64,000 bases of DNA. Source: Balanoglossus misakiensis (taxonomy: Eukaryota; Animalia; Hemichordata). The translations under genes were made by a program, and so were the position numbers. Every line of letters starts with the position of its first letter. The stretch's first letter is position 1. Location: contig CM082587.2 of NCBI GenBank assembly GCA_040954595.2, forward strand, positions 4,296,093-4,360,092, written 5' to 3'. Below are positions 1 through 12,481 of this stretch, piece by piece. The notes under the pieces were generated by a model. It had not been told where the DNA came from, did no database searches, and was given only the letters and a program-made list of their open reading frames with translations.

Positions 1-3000
1 TTCACGCACTGCACAATAGGAGAGATTCTTGGGTCTTTCAAACCCGTTCCCCTGGGAAACGGAACCCCCCAAACATCGCAGCCTTGAGATCGCGTCCGCA
101 AGTTGTCCGCCGACTTTGAGTTCAGCATTAAACTTAAATCCGCGGTTGGGCCAAGTGGCTGGGCTATGTACAGTATCTCATACTATGCATCATGATTGAG
201 CAATCTTGGCTTCTGGTGATGTGTCACTATATCGTCACTCACCACGTCAGCGTGATCAGACAAGATCGCGTTCCCAGGCATACAGAAGCGAGTCACTGTC
301 GTGGTATATAAAAAACCTTAGAAGTGATACTTGTAAATTCTGTGCTTAAAAAGTCAGTCATACATTTTTCATAAGGGGGCATTCTTAAAATAAATAAATA
401 AGCACATTTTCGTCGTTTTATTCCAGGTACTTATCACGAGAGAGTCGCGTTGTCACGATTATAAGGAAACAGCGATTGCAGCTTGCAGTACGCGATGAAC
501 GACCGCGCGAGCACACGGACAAAAAAAAACCACGCCGAACTTCGGAACCTGTAGGCTTAATTTAACAAATCAGAGTTTTAAGAAACGACTCGTTGGTTGC
601 CGGTTGGGTTTTCACATAACATGGCAGGTGTATCGACCGGCGCGCATAGTGCCAAGTCAGTCAGGCGTTAAGCGGTTCCAACGTAACGGTAAAGTTTCCC
701 AAAGGACCTCCGGGATTAAGAACTCGGAGCCAAAAGAGGCTAACGAGATCCCATTCAGGGATCGCTATTGTTACACAAGACACACGCGGTTTTGAGCGCA
801 GTGTCTTTCCAACGACTGCATTGTTGTTAAACGCCAGAAAAGCGACTTAATCAGAAATTGCAATAGTGGATTTGAGCTAAACCCGCGTTGTATTTGTATT
901 TGGGCGAGGTCAACTTGGGAGTTCTGGAGAATCATGGACGTGGAGAGAGAGGGGGGAGAGGGGGTGTGTTACTAACTATGGAGTATTAAAACGTGCTTTT
1001 CTGTTATCTAAGTACTTCGTTTGTGGAAAGATTTCGGTTATTAGAAAATAACCTGAAGACCAAAACAGATTTATCCCCTTGTCTACATTTGTGTGTGTGT
1101 GGGAAATCTGACAGTAACTTCCCACTCTTGACTTTGGCTACGCGTTCGATGCGTGCCGCGTGCAAGTATACACCACCACCACCGGCCAACACGATCCTGG
1201 ACGCAAACGTGACTCTCTCTGGTCAAGCACCTCGCGACGGACGCGTCATCGCCGTCCGTTGACATGGCAACGCCTACATCCGCGATGCCATGGGTGGGAG
1301 AAACGGGAGGGACTTGGAATAACAAACGAGAAATGAAGTACACATGTTGTTGGACGCGGAGGGGAAACAGACACGGTCGACGTGACAGACAACCTCGCTG
1401 GAAATCGACGAGAGAAAGAAACCCCAACCAGGTCGCGCGCACACCAGACGCAACCGAGACGAATTGATATATGCTATCAATTTCACTCATCAAAGGAGGG
1501 ATTTCGACTTTCGCTTGTTCCATGTGATTATTTATTTTGCGCTCGTTTAGGTAAAAAATAACTACTAGTACACGCGATACAAAAGCACTGAACACAATGC
1601 GTTGAAAGGAATACCGGAGACCTATGCATCCAATTATCATATTTAACAGAAAATATTTCTTCAGCAGAACGAGCTGGCCTTTAATTTGAACCACGCATTT
1701 TCCCCATACTGCGCAAGACACACAGAGGCGTTGCGACATGCTTCTTTGCAGAAAACGTATGAATTGGTCCAAGTGCATATACATGTAATAGTACATGTAG
1801 CTCACATTTTCAAACACATTGTCGTGAGTGTTATGATTTATTTCACACCCGCCTTTGATACCACACGCATCAGAGAAACACGCATGACTGTCCCTTTGTG
1901 CGAACCTTGCAACATTTCAACGTTGATAAAAGCACAAGGCGTGCCAGTCTGAAAAAACAGCCTCCCTTGCTTCCAGAAAAAATATCGCTAACAATCGGGG
2001 GGATCCGTAAATTGAACGCCGTGAATAATCGCAGGGACACAGTGAAGGGCTTTTTCATCGAACTACACGGTTGGATCAAGTCTTGCCGGGAACGCAGGTT
2101 AAACGCGATCACCGGCGCCAATCCCTGAACGGAATTTACACACTTACAAGACTGCTAAACAAACTTTGCTAAACAAACTGCGTGCTGTATCAATCGAAAA
2201 AAACTCTTTCCTGGAGATATTTAACTTCGCCGGCATTGATTACATTAAAGTCAGCATCGAGCGATCACTGCCGGTAACTGAAAATGCAGCGACTTGGATA
2301 AAAAGCAATTTCTGCACGGTGTTCCTCACAAAATGTCATAATTTGAAGATGGCGAGGCTGCGTGACAATTCTGTCCTGTAATAACCCTGTGATTGACAGG
2401 AAAATACCGTTCCTGTCATCATTACCAAGCTTGGCACGAAGCGGGTTTTTGATTGGTTTGTTTGGCTGTGGCGGTTATTCACATTTCTCATTGGCGCAAA
2501 AGTACTGATTTGTATATTAACAAGGCTGACAATATTTAGGGCAATTCTAGCACTGCGGCCAATCCACCGCCGTTCCCTTTTTCTGCCCGATCGACGACAA
2601 CTACAAATCGCCGCCATTGAATTTTGTTCAATTCCGGCCCATTTGTCCGGTCGAACGGCAATTTCGCTTGTGTGCTTTCGCATTAGATATGTACGACATC
2701 CACTCAGGTAATATTGCATTTTTGAGTTTGCGGATAAAAAGACTATCGACGTTCCGCAACCAATGAAACTGACAGCGTATGATACAGAGAGCGCCATTGT
2801 TATGCAAAACGCCCAGATGTGTCGCAACTTGATGGCCAAATGTGGAGTATTGTTCGCGACATTGATCAAGATGTGAATGGGAATCGATTCAAAGCGTTCG
2901 GCCGCCGTGGGTGGGATTGGCAGAAGGTGGCCGTACTGCGTGAGGCGCCCGCTCTCGCTCTCTGCACCGTGCGCACTTCCACGCACTCGTTTGGTTAATT

Positions 3001-6000
3001 CATCACTGCACCACCTTCTTCTCGATGGTTTCTCGAAGAAGAAGAAGAAAATATAAAATCCTGCATTTGATTGGTGCATGGCACGGCGGTTTCCGCTACA
3101 ACCCCTGTGATTGGCGGAAGGGCGCGTGAGAGAGGGAATGTGCGAGAGAGAGAAAGAGAGAATTATCATCTCGCTCTCTCAGCAATAACGAAGTGCACAT
3201 TCGATGTCAAAAATCATAAATATCACACGTTGACATGAAAGAGTCGTTCCTGGCGCTTAGAGATTTCACAATACTCCTAATCCCCAAATATGATTGACAT
3301 TATGATCTCCGTTGAAAGCCACACAGCTGGTGCTCGGAAATAACACTTTAATATCAATTACGTCATGTGTGATGTCTATTTTTTTTTTTACTTTTTAAAT
3401 GTTGATTTCCATGTCCGCCTCCACTTATCAAGTCTTCCACATTTTTAACCCGAGGTGCATACATTTTGACGCGGAAGTGGGGTTTAGCGGAATGAAAGAA
3501 ATTTAGAAATTGAAGCCAAAATCCTTGGACAAATATTTCCATGTTATACCAAATTTTGTGTTCATCGTAAGCTTATTTTATATCCTTTTTAAAAACAATT
3601 CTCATTATATCATTTTAAATGGTTAGTATCATTTTATGACAATTTCATTTAAAAGGTTATAGAAGGTTTATTAAAATGCAGTGGACGAAAGTCCCTAGCT
3701 TGCACAAGTAGGAAAAATTCCGCGCAAACGCACTGCCGTCTGCTTCTTCTGTGCTCGGTCAACTGGGATCACTTCGGCTCTGAAAGCCGCGACGAACGGT
3801 TACAAATTAAGTGCTTAACCGTGAGTATTAATACCGAAATATGTCAACAAAATGCGGGGGTCAGGGGTCAAATCAGCCAGATGATAGTAATACGACGAGT
3901 GATGGCTCTTGGTATTTGCGAGGTCTTAGGGGAGCTCACGCAGTATGCCAACACGCCATGTCATGCGAGAATTGAAATAAATAACACTCAATAAACGGGT
4001 ATAAGAGTGGTTTAGTGTTTCCATCAACACGCTGCCTCCGAGGCGATAAAACAAATTGAAAAAAAGGGAGAGAGCGAGAAAGGGCGTTTGAAGTAGCTTT
4101 CAATGAAGACAATACGATGAAGTGTTATACAGTTAAAGATGGTTTTTCGTTCTGTGTTTACATTGGATGCTTTTACGCTAAGTTGTAAGCTTTTTTGGGC
4201 AAAACATCTGATTCTAAGTACTTGAGAAACCAGAGTGTGCATCTAAACATTTCACTCAGCCAACATATTCTGTCTTCAAAGCAATGCATATTTCCATCTC
4301 AGATTTGTTCGTGTTTTTACAGGTATCCACACACAAAAAAAAACGGTCTGGTATCCAAAGCGGAAATTTCCATCCAAACTGATGGCGGCAGTTAAAAATA
4401 GATCAAAAATTGAATTAAATAATTGCCATAAATCTTTCAATTAAAAACTATCTTATGCGCATTTCGTTCTAAGATTATACATATTAATGAAAAGGAGTGG
4501 GGTATCTGCAGAATATATACGAACTAAGCGCATCTGCCACTGCATATGTGGCATGGATGACGGTCACCAGATGTATGCTAGCAAGATGTCCGATCGGAAA
4601 TTCCATGCTATAGCTTTCTTCAGTGTTAATTCTTTTCCTTTCGTGGTATGGCATTGATTTCGCTAAAGGGCTTTGCTTCTCTGTGGTCAAGAGATTGTGG
4701 CCTTGACGTGTCTCCCAATTTGACTGTCCATCTCTCTTTCTCTACCTGCCTCTGACTGTTTGTCTCTTTCCCTCTCTCCCCCTCCCCTCTCTCCCCTTTT
4801 TCTCCTCTTACTAGTATACCCAATTCCGTAGATTTCCGCCGATCTCGCCATCCTCTGCCAAAGCGATCATGAAATCGCATTTTTGGCCGCGGACCTGTCT
4901 ATAACAGTCCCTGCACACTGAGTAAACGCAACGCTGTGAAATAGCCTCGTCGGATCCCAGCGGCCTCGCGATTTCAAACTAAGTCTTTTAATATAATTCT
5001 GCCATCAAGCAATCAAGGATCTGATAGAAATTCTCTCCTGTTTGAAAGAAATTAATTTATCTGGCAAAGGGACAAATCGCTTTTACCACTTTCCCAAAAT
5101 TAAAATGGAGTTCGGGATAAGTATTAAGATCAACATCGGCTCCTCTGGAGAGTTGGATAGCTACAAGTTAAGATTTGGATTTCTATCGATGGAATGGTCC
5201 AATATTCAATGCCGTCAACGTGTAATCTCGGACGAAAACGTAATATGTCAGATGTTATTTACACAAAACGAACACCGGGGTGCGCATGTGTAGAAGTTTG
5301 CGTTATAGGGAGTCGGTATATAATGGAGCTGCCGATCCATGATAGAATGATATTAGAGTAGATCTCTGTACCCCGCTTGATGATTTGTTACTCATCAAAT
5401 ATAACCTCTATGACAGGGATCTTACATAAAAAGAAAAAACAACTTTTGATAATATATTCATGAGGTGCTCGTTCTCCTGGCCTTCGACGGTGTACATCTT
5501 TCTGGGCGAGTAAATGTCTTTAACCTTCTTTGTGGAAGGAGGTTTTTTGTACGCCGTTGTGTTTTTCACTTCGCCACCGGCACGCTCGTCACGGTACGGG
5601 CGGACAGGCGCCTCTGTTTCGCGAGAGTCGAGTTATGCAACGGAATGCTAGCTATTGCTCGCGTGGAGTACAAAAAAAGGGGGGGATAAACGTTTTCTGG
5701 GGGAGCGGCCATGGCCAACTCCCGACTGATGAAGAATTCGGTGTTGATAACGAAACCCGGGGTTAGTCGACTTGACCGAACTTCCGCTTCACGGGCGCGG
5801 ACGGTGAGTGACGCGCGCAGAACCAGCGGTAAGTTTGTTACTGAGTCTCAACAAATTGGGTCCCCCTCTGCGTCCTACACCGAATATCCCTTAACCCCTA
5901 TCACGTCGGAGTACTTTTACCTCGCCACCCCTTGAAAAAAAGCGACAAATGGTCTCCTGGCTTAAAAAACACACGGCAGAAGTTACTTTTAGTCGCGCCC

Positions 6001-8942
6001 CCTATTCGCTGACCGACCGCTGGGTGGCTGATTACGTGACCCACACGACTTCTCGCTACGTCCTATTTTGCTGCAGCGCATTCAGCCGTTTTATTCGGCG
6101 AACCTAATTACCCGTTTAATCATCCTTGGCAATTTAACCGTTTGACTGACACCTGTCAAAGACACTCAACGTCAAAATCTCAACATATACCTTCACGCAC
6201 GTTCATCATATCCATATTTTCTCAAAGCCCGCCGTAAAAGAACCGTCCATTCATCTCCAAAACCAAGAAGACTTTCCCCGCACATTCCAGCACTCCCTTA
6301 AATACATGTATTGCCAACAAACGCGAAATTCACCCTAAACCGTATACCACACCCGACACCAACGTAAAATCGAATCAATTTACCACATAAAACAGTTTCT
6401 TGGCGACTTTAATAAATATCAAACAAGCTTTAATGAACTGCGCCTTTTTATGATTATCGAATTTTGAATATACGATCGCGATAGTTGCAGCGGATATTTC
6501 AATTTGATGACTACAATGGAGGGAAAATATCATTCCGATAATCTTAACGAGCAAATATTGGGCTGTAATACATACAGGTAAGATTTTCCTCGCGTCGCCT
6601 AAGTAGTCGTCCATAAAGTTGACCGACGTATGTTCACATACAGATGGGGTATGTCTTTACACAAAAAGCCCACGCCCAACAAGTGTGTTCACAAATATGA
6701 CTATCCACTGTCGATGTCAGAGACTAAGTTTGCACAAGATAATAAATGGGTGTCCCACTCAAATATGGCCACATTCAGACCGTACATACACGGGATGTTG
6801 TGATGAGTAAAAATCTCTAATTTGGGGGTATTTCACGCCACTTTACTATCCCTTCACGAAGGCTTAGTCGCTTACTAGTCGGTCCGGTGGATCTGGAAGG
6901 AGGGGCGTCAACCCACCACTTCGGCTGAAACCTGTGACCTTTGTGAAAGTTCAACCAGGATGCATAACATGCGACACGTTGCTTTCATCAAAATTACTCT
7001 GGCGTATTGGATTTTACATAACAACAAAACACATGGCACGCTGGATGGCATGGGCGCAACACAGCGGACAGTGTAAGGCCCCGAGGCCCAGCAGACGCGC
7101 AGCCATTACTGGCAGAGAATTTTCTTTTTCAACAAGAACCCCGATAACAGAAACCTCGCTCCCGCTGCGATTTTGCATCTGCAACGGAAGTATTTGCGAT
7201 AGAAAAGGGATTTGCAGCCAGTCAAGCAGTGTCGACTAGTCTCACACTGGCTCAATAAAGATCTCGCAAATCCTGCGTCAAATGTTTCTCACTTCGGGAG
7301 ATTAACATTTTAAAAGAGCGCGAATTATTACCAGGGACGTTGATTGGGGCTTAACCGTTATTTCGTGTTGTTACAGCGAAAATTAACGTCTGGCAGCATC
7401 AGATGTTGACGTGCTTGCAACTTTGCAGCTTATCTCAGTCATTCCAGGGTTTGAGACCCTATTTTATTGTGTTTACTTTTTATTGATAAATATAGCGGAG
7501 AAAACACCTTGGGGTAGGTTGAACCCGTTACAAGTCAATGTTTATGTGTGCACGATTGGCACGGACCGTAACTGCGCAGGCGTACCTTTTTTCTACTTGG
7601 AGAAATGAGCGAATGAGCAAAGTGGTTCACCGTCACCGTCACTTAACAATGTAACACATCGCCGCGTTAAAATCCGAGTCAAAGAAAGTAAATGAATGAG
7701 TCAATGTCGACCAGGGAACAACGTGCGTTTGCTAGCCACTGGCCCTTTCTCTCTCGCGTGTCCACTTATCTTGCCAACGCACGGATGTGCAATATTAAGA
7801 CAACTTCATTTTGCACTGGATCTATCGAGCGACTCGGAGCAGCGCCAGGACTGCGATACAACCAGAAAGACCGAACATCGTGATCGTTTGATCTCCATGC
7901 ATATTAGCACACGCTGTATCGTTCACGCGATACTCTACGCTGCAAAAGCCACAATGGAAACTAGTCCGACCTTTACTGAAGGCGCAATATTGATAACCGT
8001 GATCTTTAAGCAAACATTCTGCGAGCGTAAAATCAACAGTTATATTCGCCCCATGCAGCATGGATATGTTTACCAAATGGGCCGAGATCGACGGCAGGTT
8101 TTTTAGGTTTTTCATAAGATTATAGATTTTAAAATGGACGGCTGACAAGAGGAAAGCGTTCCGACAATCTTCCAAAAGACGACAGAGAAAATGCTTATTG
8201 ACGCGAACATTACTTATATTGCATTAACTTTAACAATAATGTTGGGGGGAAAAAAAGAAAAGTCTTTTAAGAATTGAAGGACATCTGTCGATTTCGACCG
8301 CGTTGTTAATTTCTTTCATTTATTTGGGGTCAATCATTGTTTTGTGTACTTTTGATTGGACTGTTTGAATTATCGGGTCACAGTGAAGTAGTCTAGTATT
8401 TTTCTGGTTTATTTTTGTTTGTACGTACTTCCTTGGCAAAAGGAAAATAAACTATTCCGGTTTATTATTTTTAAATAAATATAAAACGACAAGCGAAGAT
8501 TACCGCGTTTCTTCCAATCGCTGACCGCAAAAGTATTTTGCTCTCCATACAAACCGGTACATGCTCTGACTTTATTATCGTATGAAACATGTCATCAAAA
8601 AATTATCGATTATTCAAAACGGTTCCTTTTGTTAGGATGGAGTGTCATGACTCTCTGGGGAGAGTTGCGGCCGATGTATTGCACGCGACACGACAGGCTG
8701 AGTGAGAGAGAGAGAGAGAGGTATGCCTTTTGCTGCTCCCCCCAGTTGGGTATGGCGGTTAATACTACTGTACACTTGGAAGAAACTTTGTGATTGACGA
8801 CTTGGATGTTTGTTTTTGTTAGTTGGTGAGGGGAGGGGCGGTAATTAGGGAATCTGATAAAGACGCTGGAATTGAACGAGTCTGGTTTACTCTGTGTGAG
8901 GGAGAAAGATGGGAGAGGGAGAGAGGGGGAGAGAGAGGGACT

Positions 8943-8945
<3 letters not shown>

Positions 8946-9029
<84 letters not shown>
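8946..9029. repeat. (GA)42 microsatellite in a purine-rich tract
   Basis: Direct read; flanked by duplicated gactagcgagag. Confidence 0.97.
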
Positions 9030-9031
<2 letters not shown>

Positions 9032-12000
9032 AGCGAGAGGGAGAGTCAGAGAGAGAGAGATAATTAAGATATTACCAGATAAAGAATTAACCACAGACAA
9101 CTCCAGATACTATTACTACAAGCATTAATGGGAAAGGGACCGGTACACCTCCTGGTGTGAGTCTGCGCGGTAAATCGACGAACGAAAATACCCGTCATTA
9201 AGTCATAATTTTGAGTTCATCAGTTTTCAGAGTCGCCCTATGGGTCAACACGGGAGTTTAATATGCACACCGCATAATGATCACGGGGGGATCTTTCCGC
9301 CTCAACTTATTCAGCCGACTTCACTTTTGTCCGCCGCGCTCATCCCGGTTGTCATGGTTACACGCATCTGAAACACGGTTACCTCTATGTCCTGATTACC
9401 ACATTATTTTAAGTGGGATAATATCGAACGAAATAATTCTATTTTTGACCGCACAATGCAAATCTTGTTCGGCGGGTCGGTTTCTCGCCAGCCGCATTAG
9501 GGGGACTGTTTTACGCCACTCAAAGTCTCGGTCCACGACTTATTTCTAATTTTACGTCCATCATGCGCAGACAATGGACAGATTGATCAAACCGAACATA
9601 ATTTCGGAGACACTTACGATCGCCAATTGTGAATGAATTAGGGATACTTTAAACATTATCGCGGTGAAAGGGGACTCATTTGGGCACATAATGTTATCAC
9701 CAAAAAAAAAACCAAGTTAAATTCCCCCGGACAGATACCGCACCATTCATATCATATTTGACTGAGTTCAAACCGTATGGGAATTTCTAGCATGTGTATA
9801 TACAAGGACAACTTCGTTTTCTTCACAAACTTTTTTGTGTGTTTTTTGGTAGAAAAAAATTCCCCTTGTTGCACTGCCTTTCAGAGAATTCAATGGCCAC
9901 GTATTACCCAAAGACCCGATTTTATTCACTTACAAATGTGTGAAGACAAAAAACAAAAGCCAGGCAAGGGCACGCAAATCGTCGAACCCAATCTGCCTAT
10001 GAATGACGTATAATGAATCTTAATCCGCGGTGAAACCGGTTGATCTTCGATGAATGGGCGAAAAATCGAAGCTTAGTCCGATCTGAACAAACATTGTTCT
10101 TTGGTGAGACAGTCGAATGTGGTTAGAGTAGTTTTTTTTCTTTCTATTTTGTTTTTCTTCGGAGGCCGGGGAAAACACAGTGAATGCCTGTATTGAGTAA
10201 AACGTCACGGTGTTGTTTCCCCCCATAGCTTCCAGTGGTGAACGTAAACATGCAGGGACCGTTCCACACACACGTACACACACATGCGTTGCATATGTAT
10301 AAACTTGACGGACCAAGGGGAGACGCGACAATGAAAATGCAGCCCGGAACGCGCGCGGGGTCCCGAGAGCTGGGGCGATCGACGGAGGAAAGGAGGCCAA
10401 ATTAAAACCGACTCGGGCATCCGTAAACTTCCCGCGGAAATTGAGCGACAGCGCTTGAAGAGGCCATCGGAGGACGTGCACGGGGAGCGAAACTCAATTA
10501 GACGGTGTGATAAAATTAATGGGTACACGCTCTTTAAATGGGCAAATTGGCCATGTTGGCCCCGGCGACCATCAATTCTGATGAATTGCCAGTGACAGCG
10601 TTTTCTCGCCAGCGCCGTAATTGGTTAACTACACCACAAGTAGTAGCGACACTGGGGGAGTTTCTTTTTTAATCACATAAAAAAGAAGTGATAGTTTCTT
10701 GCGGAATGTGCTCTCGCGGAAGCGGCGGTGGTGGTGGTGAGTCTCACTGACATTTGAACGCTTTTGGCCCGGCGACGGTGCGACACTGCAGCGCCGAACA
10801 AAAGCCGTGGCCGGTGCGCCGTGAGAGTACCAGCAAAACGCAGCGTCCGGCGGTTCGGTCCGTCTTTTTAGCTTCCCTTTGTCGAAAATCCATCTATTTC
10901 CCCTCCTTCACAAAGGATGTCACCCTGACCTCACGGGTCAACCACAATCACACGGTAAGCGACACCCGAATGAAAAAGCACCAAGCGTACCGTGCAATGT
11001 AAGGCAGTCCCTTTTATCACGAATTTGCTCCATTTATGAATACACACAACGCACAGACCGGTAATTTTTTGACGACTAGTAGGGCCTACTCGACACTAAA
11101 CACACACAACTCACGTCATCCGAACACAAGATGCGAGAATACTCGAGAGCGCGATTTGACAACTGTTGCAAGCACAAGTACTATTGTCCGGACTGTGGTC
11201 TTGTCAATTTTCCAATTAACACCAAATTTCCTCTCTGAGAACTACGAGAGTTTCCAGATAATAGGCCAACTTTTTAAGACGGGATGCAATTTACTTCCCA
11301 GTTCAATCGCGAAGGATGTTTTTCTTTCAACATTTCCAATTAACGGCACATCTGGTTCGGCGCAAGCTGAGCTCATCATTATGACGTCATTATGACATGT
11401 TCCTCACCTGGACAGGTCCGTTTTACACCGCAACTGCGCAGCGCAACAAAAAGCGGGGAATACATAAATATGTACTGGATTGATGAAATTTTCGTGCGCG
11501 CAGCCTGTCACGATTTGCTCTAAAGGTTTGCTTTAACACTTGTGCATTGATTGCAATATGCCTATACCCTGTTGGAGGGAGAACACTTCAGATAACCAAC
11601 GTCTTGCTAAAACTGTGATACACTCGACACGTGCTCCAGTATGACAAGTCATTAAGCCTCCACTTCACCCGTGATTTTTTTCCACATTATTTAATTTCTC
11701 CGGGAACAAACGCACAAGGTATGCAGCACAAAACAATTGCGCCCGCGACAGCTTGTTCAATGGACGTGCCATAATCCATAATACCTGAACGTCACCGACA
11801 TGCTGGGTGATATCTATATCGGATTGATTTCTGGCGATTGTACATTTCACCAGCAGTCGCCAACAATTATAAGCGCATTACGCCGGGTGTCTTGGAAATA
11901 TGCCTGTTTCGTTTTCCCCAGAGGATGATTACATCTGCGTTAGCATCCTTATGCATTAAGCAGTGATCTGATCGCATGACACGATATTTTGCGATTCGAT

Positions 12001-12122
12001 CGCACATTAACATTTCTCACTAAGCTAAGCTAAGCTAAACCAAACTACCAGTAAACTAACCAAACCAACAGATTTGTTTCTGTTGGTGTGACAAAGTAGA
12101 AGACAAGGAAATGACCCCTTAC

Positions 12123-12481
12123 CTTGAGCAGTGTGATAATCCACGTCCAAGTTCGGACTTTTCCGCTTTCTCGGCCGCCCCTTTTGCACGGCACCCACCC
12201 CGTTGTAGTAAGGGGTGGGCTGGGGCGAGGCCCCGGGGATCGGGCTGTTCTGGTACGGGCTGAGGCCCATGGCGTGTTCTGTGTGGAGTAGAGTCTCGTA
12301 ATGACAGCGACAGTAGACCATGGCGTCCTTCATGCCGAAGTGATCGCCACTGGTCAGCGGTTTATTACAGGTTGCACAAGTGAAACAGCTGACGTGATAG
12401 ACCATGTCGCGGGCTCGCATCACCATCTCGCTGGCAGAAATTCCGAGGTGACAGCGGGCACATCTCTTCACTGAGAATCGC
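12123..12481 (-). CDS. LHX2/9: Lhx2/9 LIM2 plus linker exon (359 nt) with GRPRKRK basic motif
   Basis: Acceptor ctacacag|GCGATTC, donor GCTCAAG|gtaag; completes the AG/G Arg codon from the previous exon. Confidence 0.95.

Noticed and set aside
1083-3169. Long minus-strand ORFs of 244 aa and 277 aa
   Set aside because: No recognisable domains, composition typical of non-coding DNA, and they lie in a presumed Lhx2/9 intron
4024-4242. ORF containing ESYF, resembling the KSYF of the Lhx2 homeodomain
   Set aside because: Flanking residues do not match RMRTSFKHHQLR...NHNPDAKDL; chance match
5450-5510. Minus-strand ENEHL peptide after an AG, resembling the LHX2 pre-homeobox linker
   Set aside because: Wrong splice phase and no homeodomain follows
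8819-9128. Poly-ER and poly-SL ORFs
   Set aside because: Translations of the (GA)n microsatellite
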